Below are positions 8,914 through 15,676 of a DNA stretch of 42,401 bases, in pieces. The position numbers and the translations under genes were made by a program. The notes under the pieces were generated by a model. That model was not told where the DNA came from, searched no databases, and saw nothing but the letters and a program-made list of their open reading frames with translations. Within the stretch, counting starts at the first letter, position 1, and each line of letters opens with the position of its first letter. This stretch comes from Bacteroidales bacterium (lineage in GTDB: Bacteria > Bacteroidota > Bacteroidia > Bacteroidales > UBA1556): NCBI GenBank assembly GCA_029932765.1, contig JAOZPM010000005.1, forward strand, positions 1-42,401, written 5' to 3'.

Positions 8914-11900
8914 ATGGCAGGAGCTAAAAAGTTTGGAACATTTGCAGGAGTTTATACACCATCGGTACTTACAATACTAGGTGTAATAATGTATATGCGA
9001 CTCGGTTGGGTTGTAGGGCAAGCTGGGTTAATTGCGGCTATTGCAATTGTATTATTAGCACATATTATTTCCATAACTACAAGCTTAAGCATATCAAGTA
9101 TAGCTACCGACAAAAAGATAAAAACTGGTGGAATATACTATATACTATCACGAAGCCTTGGCCTACCAATGGGAGGTTCTATTGGCATAACTCTATTTGT
9201 TGGTACAGCATTAAGTATTGCATTATACATTGTAGGTTTTACCGAAAATTTCATTAGTATTGATACTATTAGCAGTTTCCTAGGAGTGGAAGACAGCATA
9301 AACACCATAAGAATAATTGGAACTATTGTACTTATGATTCTAGTTGCAATTGCATTTATTAGCACTTCTTTAGCAATAAAAACTCAGTTTTTTGTTTTAG
9401 GAGCAATAGCACTTTCCTTAATTTCTATTGGGCTAGGATTTGCCATGATGGACACATCTGCAATTACAGAACCAATAATGAGTCCTGCAAGAACAGGAGT
9501 GCCATTAATAACTGTATTTGCCATTTTCTTCCCTGCCGTTACAGGTTTTACAGCTGGAGTTGCTATGTCGGGCGATTTAAAAGACCCCAAAAGCTCTATT
9601 CCTAAAGGTACAATGTGGGCTGTTGCAACAGGACTAGTTGTTTATATAATACTAAGTATTGCTATAGCGTATTTTGTAGACAGAGATCTATTATTAAATG
9701 ACAATAACTTTTTTCTAAAGGTAGCATTATACTCACCACTAGTAATAGCTGGAATTTGGGGAGCTACACTATCATCTGCTTTAGGAGGAATCCTAGGAGC
9801 ACCACGTATTATACAAGCAATATCAGGGGACAAAATAATACCTAAGTGGTTTGGAAAAGGTCATGGCGAATCCAACGAACCTCGTAATGCACTTATTTTT
9901 ACATTCATTATTGCTGAAATTGGAATTTTAATTGGAGAACTAGATGCAATTGCTGAAGTTGTATCTATGTTTTATATTGCTGCTTATGGCTTTATAAATC
10001 TAGCTTTTGCTCTCGAAAGTTGGGCAAGTAGCGATTTTAGACCAAGTTTTGCTGTAAATAAATGGGTTGGAATTATTGGTTTTGTAGCCAGTTTTGGTGT
10101 TATGATGCAATTGAATCCAGGAGCAATGTTTGCAGCATTTATAATAATGTGGGCAATATATTTCCTTCTAAAAAGAAAAGAAATAAAGTCGGACTTTGGC
10201 GATGTTTGGAGCAGTGTATGGTCATCAATGGTAAGAACTTCGATTACTAAACTTGCAGAAAAATCACTTGAAAAACGTAATTGGAAACCTAATATACTAT
10301 TATTCATTGGTGAAAATGACCAACGACCTCATTTAATGGAACTTGGCAAACTATTTATTGGAAAGTATGGTTTTTTATCAGCATTTAATTTAATAGAGAA
10401 TGATAGCAATACTTTTAGCTTAACCAAGCATGAACAGTCTATTGACACTTCGCAAAACACCGATGGAGTATTTATCCGTAAGCATAACGTTAATAATATA
10501 TATGACGGAATAGAACAAGTATCATCAACTTATGGTTTTGCTGGAGTGGAACCAAATACTATATATATGGGGTGGGCTCGAAACACTAAAGACCCTATCC
10601 GTTTTGCTCATATGCTAAAAAATATTTATTCTCTTGATCAGAATATTGTTTTAATGGATTATGACCAACAACTTAAGTATGGTGATAAAAAACAAATTGA
10701 TATTTGGTGGAGAGGTAAAGGACAGAATGGAAATTTATCGTTACAATTAATTAAATTTCTACAAGAAAATGATGATTGGGCAAAATCCAAATTACGACTA
10801 ATGGTCGTAAATCCCGTTAATGACGATCATGAAAAACTATTTAAACAAGCAACAAGTATTCTTAATAATTTGAGAATTGATGGTGAGGTGCGAATCATTA
10901 ATAACCAAATAGAGAACCGTAGCTTTTATGACATTATTAATGTTGAGTCGATAAATTCTAGTTTAATTTTCTTGGGCTTACCTGATATAGAAATAGGCAA
11001 AGAGAAAAGCTTTATTGACAATACTAATGATTTATGTAAAAAAATTGGTACAGTAATATTGGTAAGAGCTTCTTCTACATTTATGCATTTAGAAATTGGT
11101 GGCAGAAAGAAAAAGGAAAACTCTAATTTAAAAAAGATATTAAAAACAAATAAGGAAAATAGAGCAGCTCTTAATTATCCAAAATACAAAGCTCTTGAGC
11201 TTGCTAATATGGATTTTTTCAATAAGAGCATGAATAATCTTGAGAGTATAAAAGAAACCTCTTTATATAAGTTTATTAGTGCTGAAAACAAACTATTCAC
11301 CGAATTTGATAGCATAATTAAAGAGTCAATAACGAATCTAAAAATAGAACTTGAAAAGAGTAAGCCCGAGTATTATTCTGCAAAGATATCGGCAATACAC
11401 ACAAAAACTCTTACTAAAATAAACGATTATCTTAATAGTAATAAAAAACTAATTAAAGAGAAGGAGCAATACATTACAGACCTTCTAGAAAAAGAAATTA
11501 GCTTTATCAAAATGCTTTATAAAGCTTTGCCAAAAACCATAAAGATAAAATACGGAATAGAGGATATTCAAATTGATCCCAACGATAGCTTTGATATAAA
11601 AACCTATAAATGGATTAGACGTAAGTTAGTTTTAATTGGAAAAAAAGAATTTTCTTATACTATTAAATATCAGCACTTACTAACCGAAAAATTATTAAGT
11701 ACAAATATCGAATTTATTGAAGATATACTTCATAAGTTTGGATATATGAGTAGTGAGAATATTACTGATGTAGAAATATTTACATCAAATATAGATAAGG
11801 AATTTCTTAACCTATATTTATCGGCTAGTAAGGATCAAAAAATTGATATTAAACAAATAGATAAAATAGAAAAACTTAATACTGATTTAATAAATAAAGT

Positions 11901-14046
11901 AAATAGTAGAATTACTAAATTTGTAAAGTATAGAGAAAATATAATTTATACACTTACAAATAAACTTAATGAGATTAGCTCTATTACTGATGTAAATAGT
12001 ACAATAGATGATGATTTTAATATTAGCAAGCACATTAATAATATAGACAAATCTCTTGATTTATATACTGAGAAGAGATTTCATAATAATATAATATTAA
12101 TAAATAGAGTTCAATTAAACATAACTCTACTAAGCTTTGCTGCACAATTACGACAATTTACAAAGCTAATTCTAAGGAGAGTAAGTGTAAGTCTAGAGAA
12201 AGATATTACAAATAATGATAAATCCTATTTAGAGTACTTAAAGCTTTATAGGAATGAGTTTGATAAAAATAATGATGCTAGTTTCAATTTTGAGAGTGAA
12301 AAGCTATCAGTTAATTTTGATCAAAGTTCAGCAAAAAGCCTTATCAATCTTATAGATAGATCACAAAAGAATATTCTTGAATTATTACCAGATTCAATGG
12401 AGATTTTTTCTGAAGAATCAGAGAATATGATCGGCACTAAAAAACAGTTTAATGATTTAGAAATTATAAATATTTCTGTAACACGCTTAATTGATTTTAT
12501 AATACAAGATGAATTTATAAATAAGATTAGCACTATTATTTCTAGCCTTCCTGAACAAATAACTACTAAATCGCATTTCTTACTCGACCACTTACGCTAT
12601 ATGTCGTATTGTGTAGAACACAAAGAAACTGTGGAGGAAGACTTCCGAACTTTTATTAATAATGAGATTTCTAAGATTGAGAATAACAATAATACAAATG
12701 ATGAATTTGTAAACAGCATTCTATTACAAATAGAGGAACGTCAGCGAATTCTTAATGAAAAGACATCTATTTATCCATTTGTATTAGCAGCTACTAATCT
12801 TAAGCAATATATTAAACAAAGAGAAAATTCTATTAGCAAGAATAAATTATCACAGTTAATAAGTCGCACAAATAATTTATTACGAAGTATTGCTGCTAAT
12901 ATATGGTATCAAGAGAGTGAGGGCATTATTTTAGCAAAGAATCTTATTAATGATTCTGACAAAGTTTACGATAATAATAGTAAACAGCGCAAAGCTATTG
13001 ATAAGATTAAAGCACCCATAGAAGTTTCTAATAATCTACCATATTATTACCAACAATTATTCACTAATAGGCAGAATTATATTCCTGAATTCTGGATAAA
13101 ACGAGAAGCTGCAGAATTAGAATTTGATAACTTTGTTAAGGATAAGAAATACAATCTTGCAAAAGCATTACTTATAAAAGGAGCTCCTGGCTCAGGAAAA
13201 ACTCACCTAAGTTATCATTTTACCCAACTATTGCCAAGCAGTAATAATGTAATTACAATTACACCTCCTATTGGTGGCAGTATTAATATGGATATTTATA
13301 ATAATATTATACAACAAGCTTTCAATAATATTTCTGATTTTGACAAACTTGAAGATGATACTGTAATAATATTTGAAGATATTGAATTGTGGTGGCAAAA
13401 AAGTAATAATGGCTTTGAGGTATTCGATTCTATTTTTAATTCCATTGATAAGCATTCCAACAGACTTACTTTTATTGTTATAATAAATAGTTATACCTAT
13501 TCCATAATTGAGAAATTACGAGATTTAAAACGTATATTTTCTCATATTATAAGCTTGAGTATAGTAGATGCACGAAGTATAGAAAAGATGATATGGAGTC
13601 GTCACCTTTCTGGTGGACTAAAAATTAGTTTGGGTAATAAGTCCGAAGACAGTTTTCACACTTGGGATTTTGCTCGCTTATTTAGCAAATACTTTAAGAG
13701 TTCGCATGGCTTTATAAATACTGCTATGTACAATTGGATTAATAATATTATTGAAATTGAAGATAAGAATATAAAAATTCGTAAACCTGAATCTTTAAGC
13801 ATTAATTTATTTAATAGTTTAAATGATAATGAGTTATGGGTACTGCAATCATTTATTATTCATAAACAAGTAAATACTGCCAAATTATCAAAAATAACAG
13901 ATTTGGAATCAAGTTTTATTAATAGAAAATTAATAGAAATGTTACGAATAGGAATTATTGAAGAAAAAGGAAAGGACATTTATGAATTAAGTCCTCTTCT
14001 TACACCAATGATAATTCAGTTACTTAAATCTAAGAAATACTTATAA
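8914..14046 (+). CDS. Chimeric 1710-aa protein. It consists of an SLC12-type cation-chloride cotransporter (permease plus SLC12 C-terminal domain, aa 1-~730), a ~660-aa N/K/I-rich helical region, and a P-loop ATPase plus winged helix (aa ~1393-1710).
   Basis: - TM1 signature: KFGTFAGVYTPSVLTILGVIMYMRLGWVVGQAGL.
- SLC12 C-terminal-domain pattern: NWKPNILLF, IDIWWRGKGQNGNLSLQLIKFL, KLRLMVV, LIFLGLPD.
- ATPase motifs: FWIKREAAELEF, then Walker A GAPGSGKT (nt 13180-13203) and Walker B VIIFEDIE (nt 13363-13386).
- C-terminal wHTH-like segment: LWVLQSFIIHKQVNTAKLSKITDLESSFINRKLIEMLRIGIIEE.
- The frame is uninterrupted for 5.1 kb in stop-codon-rich AT-rich DNA. Confidence 0.8.
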   Translation: MAGAKKFGTFAGVYTPSVLTILGVIMYMRLGWVVGQAGLIAAIAIVLLAHIISITTSLSISSIATDKKIKTGGIYYILSRSLGLPMGGSIGITLFVGTALSIALYIVGFTENFISIDTISSFLGVEDSINTIRIIGTIVLMILVAIAFISTSLAIKTQFFVLGAIALSLISIGLGFAMMDTSAITEPIMSPARTGVPLITVFAIFFPAVTGFTAGVAMSGDLKDPKSSIPKGTMWAVATGLVVYIILSIAIAYFVDRDLLLNDNNFFLKVALYSPLVIAGIWGATLSSALGGILGAPRIIQAISGDKIIPKWFGKGHGESNEPRNALIFTFIIAEIGILIGELDAIAEVVSMFYIAAYGFINLAFALESWASSDFRPSFAVNKWVGIIGFVASFGVMMQLNPGAMFAAFIIMWAIYFLLKRKEIKSDFGDVWSSVWSSMVRTSITKLAEKSLEKRNWKPNILLFIGENDQRPHLMELGKLFIGKYGFLSAFNLIENDSNTFSLTKHEQSIDTSQNTDGVFIRKHNVNNIYDGIEQVSSTYGFAGVEPNTIYMGWARNTKDPIRFAHMLKNIYSLDQNIVLMDYDQQLKYGDKKQIDIWWRGKGQNGNLSLQLIKFLQENDDWAKSKLRLMVVNPVNDDHEKLFKQATSILNNLRIDGEVRIINNQIENRSFYDIINVESINSSLIFLGLPDIEIGKEKSFIDNTNDLCKKIGTVILVRASSTFMHLEIGGRKKKENSNLKKILKTNKENRAALNYPKYKALELANMDFFNKSMNNLESIKETSLYKFISAENKLFTEFDSIIKESITNLKIELEKSKPEYYSAKISAIHTKTLTKINDYLNSNKKLIKEKEQYITDLLEKEISFIKMLYKALPKTIKIKYGIEDIQIDPNDSFDIKTYKWIRRKLVLIGKKEFSYTIKYQHLLTEKLLSTNIEFIEDILHKFGYMSSENITDVEIFTSNIDKEFLNLYLSASKDQKIDIKQIDKIEKLNTDLINKVNSRITKFVKYRENIIYTLTNKLNEISSITDVNSTIDDDFNISKHINNIDKSLDLYTEKRFHNNIILINRVQLNITLLSFAAQLRQFTKLILRRVSVSLEKDITNNDKSYLEYLKLYRNEFDKNNDASFNFESEKLSVNFDQSSAKSLINLIDRSQKNILELLPDSMEIFSEESENMIGTKKQFNDLEIINISVTRLIDFIIQDEFINKISTIISSLPEQITTKSHFLLDHLRYMSYCVEHKETVEEDFRTFINNEISKIENNNNTNDEFVNSILLQIEERQRILNEKTSIYPFVLAATNLKQYIKQRENSISKNKLSQLISRTNNLLRSIAANIWYQESEGIILAKNLINDSDKVYDNNSKQRKAIDKIKAPIEVSNNLPYYYQQLFTNRQNYIPEFWIKREAAELEFDNFVKDKKYNLAKALLIKGAPGSGKTHLSYHFTQLLPSSNNVITITPPIGGSINMDIYNNIIQQAFNNISDFDKLEDDTVIIFEDIELWWQKSNNGFEVFDSIFNSIDKHSNRLTFIVIINSYTYSIIEKLRDLKRIFSHIISLSIVDARSIEKMIWSRHLSGGLKISLGNKSEDSFHTWDFARLFSKYFKSSHGFINTAMYNWINNIIEIEDKNIKIRKPESLSINLFNSLNDNELWVLQSFIIHKQVNTAKLSKITDLESSFINRKLIEMLRIGIIEEKGKDIYELSPLLTPMIIQLLKSKKYL

Positions 14047-14786
14047 TGCAGGATCTAACCAAACATATATCCGCATTTCCATTTATAGGATTTGTATTAG
14101 GTGGCATTATCTTATATATGATTTTGCGCATTATACAAATTGTGCTTATTAGGTTTATTGAAAATTCCAAAATCATTTCAAAGATAAATAGAGTTTACAG
14201 TATTATTGAGCTCTTTATTGGCGAATTATATATTCTATGGACAATACCCTATTTTCTGAAAAATAGCCCAAGTATTGGAATCGTACTAAGCATAATCCTG
14301 ATTACATCTATAGGGTTAATTTTTTGGTATGCAGGTAGAGATTTTATTTCAGGCTTTATTATTAAGTCTAACTCTGGATTCAGAATTAATTCTAGGATTA
14401 AGACCAATGATATTGAAGGTGTTATTATTAATTTTTATGCAAGAAATCTTAAATTAATAAACGATAAAGGCGAAAAAATAATTATACCATACTCTACTTT
14501 GATAAACAAAGATATTCTTGTTAAGAACCGTAATAAAACTCGCATTTCAAAGCATATTACTCTTAAAATTAATAATGTTGACAATTATAACACTCTAATA
14601 AAGGATTTACGTTTTATGATAATGATGCATCCAAAATCATTAGTAAACATTGCTCCTACTATATCCATATTATCGCATAAGAAAGGCGTTTGTAATGTAG
14701 AGATTGATATTACAGCAAGAGACAATAATGGTCTTACTGATATAGAAACCTACCTAAAGAAAGAGCTTAAAAACCAAAAAGTATAA
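14046..14786 (+). CDS. Small MscS-family mechanosensitive channel-like protein
   Basis: 246 aa with 3-4 N-terminal TM helices. The pore-helix-like AGRDFISGFII is followed by a beta-domain pattern (IKTNDIEGVIINFYARNLKLINDKGEKIIIPYSTLINKDILVKN). Its ATG overlaps the upstream TAA (TAATG). Confidence 0.7.
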   Translation: MQDLTKHISAFPFIGFVLGGIILYMILRIIQIVLIRFIENSKIISKINRVYSIIELFIGELYILWTIPYFLKNSPSIGIVLSIILITSIGLIFWYAGRDFISGFIIKSNSGFRINSRIKTNDIEGVIINFYARNLKLINDKGEKIIIPYSTLINKDILVKNRNKTRISKHITLKINNVDNYNTLIKDLRFMIMMHPKSLVNIAPTISILSHKKGVCNVEIDITARDNNGLTDIETYLKKELKNQKV

Positions 14787-14793
14787 ACATGAA

Positions 14794-14827
14794 AAAAGGT
14801 TCAATTTTTAAGAAAATTGAACCTTTT
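14794..14827. terminator. Bidirectional terminator
   Basis: A perfect 15-bp stem, aaaaggttcaatttt / aaaattgaacctttt, with the 4-nt loop taag, between convergent genes. Confidence 0.75.
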
Positions 14828-14847
14828 GATATTTATCGTATTTATTA

Positions 14848-15405
14848 CTAATCAATTGTAATATGAGTCCAGTTTTCACCTTTTTCAATTCGCTTCAATT
14901 GTGTTAATGTAATTCCAAATTCACGAGCTATATGCACATAAATAGGTTTTTTACCGTCTTTAGTACCATCACGCAGTTTAATTTTAAGATTTCTAACATC
15001 TTCTTCTGTTAATTTAGAATTCTTAATCTTCTTTTGGTGATAATCTGGATCAGCCTTTCGATGAGCATACATGCCATCATTATCGCGCCAAGCAAGGTTC
15101 TCAAAGTAATTATTACTCCTATTATAATCTTGATGAATTACGTATGTTTCATCTTTACTTGGTGTATCAAGGAAATAATCAGCAACAATTTTATGAACAA
15201 AATATGTACGTTTTTTCTCGCTTTTTAATTTAATAACTAAAATATTGTAACCAGTTAGGAAGGAACCTTTAATAATTTTTCCACCCTTTCTACTAGTTCT
15301 AAAACTTTTTATTTGTCCATAATTTGAAATCTCAAACTTCTCATCAGGATGAATTTCTGAATAATCAAGCTTCACCCATTTTTCTTCTGCTCTACTCTTT
15401 TCCAT
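14848..15405 (-). CDS. Free-standing NUMOD4/HNH (HNH_3-type) homing-endonuclease-like protein with a C-terminal HTH
   Basis: It has a NUMOD4-like ISNYGQIKS motif, an HNH core (VHKIVADYF...VIHQDYNRSNNYFENLAW) and a C-terminal HTH-like IAREFGITLTQLKRIEKGENW segment. Confidence 0.75.
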   Translation of the reverse strand: MEKSRAEEKWVKLDYSEIHPDEKFEISNYGQIKSFRTSRKGGKIIKGSFLTGYNILVIKLKSEKKRTYFVHKIVADYFLDTPSKDETYVIHQDYNRSNNYFENLAWRDNDGMYAHRKADPDYHQKKIKNSKLTEEDVRNLKIKLRDGTKDGKKPIYVHIAREFGITLTQLKRIEKGENWTHITID

Positions 15406-15442
15406 AACAATTATATTTAAATAATTAATTTATAATATTTTA

Positions 15443-15450
15443 CAAAGATA
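15443..15450 (-). promoter_or_regulatory. -7 promoter box (TATCTTTG on the minus strand) for the HNH gene
   Basis: TAnnTTTG match 38 nt upstream of the start at 15405. Confidence 0.4.
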
Positions 15451-15629
15451 ATCATTAAAACTACTAAATCGTGACTTAACGGTTTTTTAATGGTATAAAA
15501 AACATTATTTAACATTTTAGGCTCGTTAAAAATAACAATTAGTATACAATATGTAATTAATCAATCCAATTCCTTATTTATTATTAACATAATTTTCAAT
15601 TTTTAGAAATCAGATACCAAGTGTTTTCA

Positions 15630-15637
15630 TATATTTG
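15630..15637 (+). promoter_or_regulatory. -7 promoter box (TATATTTG)
   Basis: TAnnTTTG match 40 nt upstream of the ATG at 15677. Confidence 0.45.
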
Positions 15638-15676
15638 CATTTAATATAAAACACTAAAAACAAAAAAAAATAAACT

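Noticed and set aside
9006-13455. Short ORFs in other frames or antisense inside the 1710-aa gene (9006-9257, 9138-9365, 9384-9590, 9642-9833, 9984-10307, 10062-10250, 12321-12533, 13228-13455)
   Set aside because: All are 62-107 aa, are fully embedded in a much longer ORF with clear family motifs, and have low-complexity or odd composition. They are typical shadow ORFs.
8914-14046. The idea that the 1710-aa ORF is really two adjacent genes (transporter plus ATPase)
   Set aside because: There is no in-frame stop anywhere, and a 2-kb bridging frame stays open in stop-rich AT-rich DNA, so I call it one CDS. A sequencing frameshift cannot be excluded from sequence alone, and it is listed as the refutation test.
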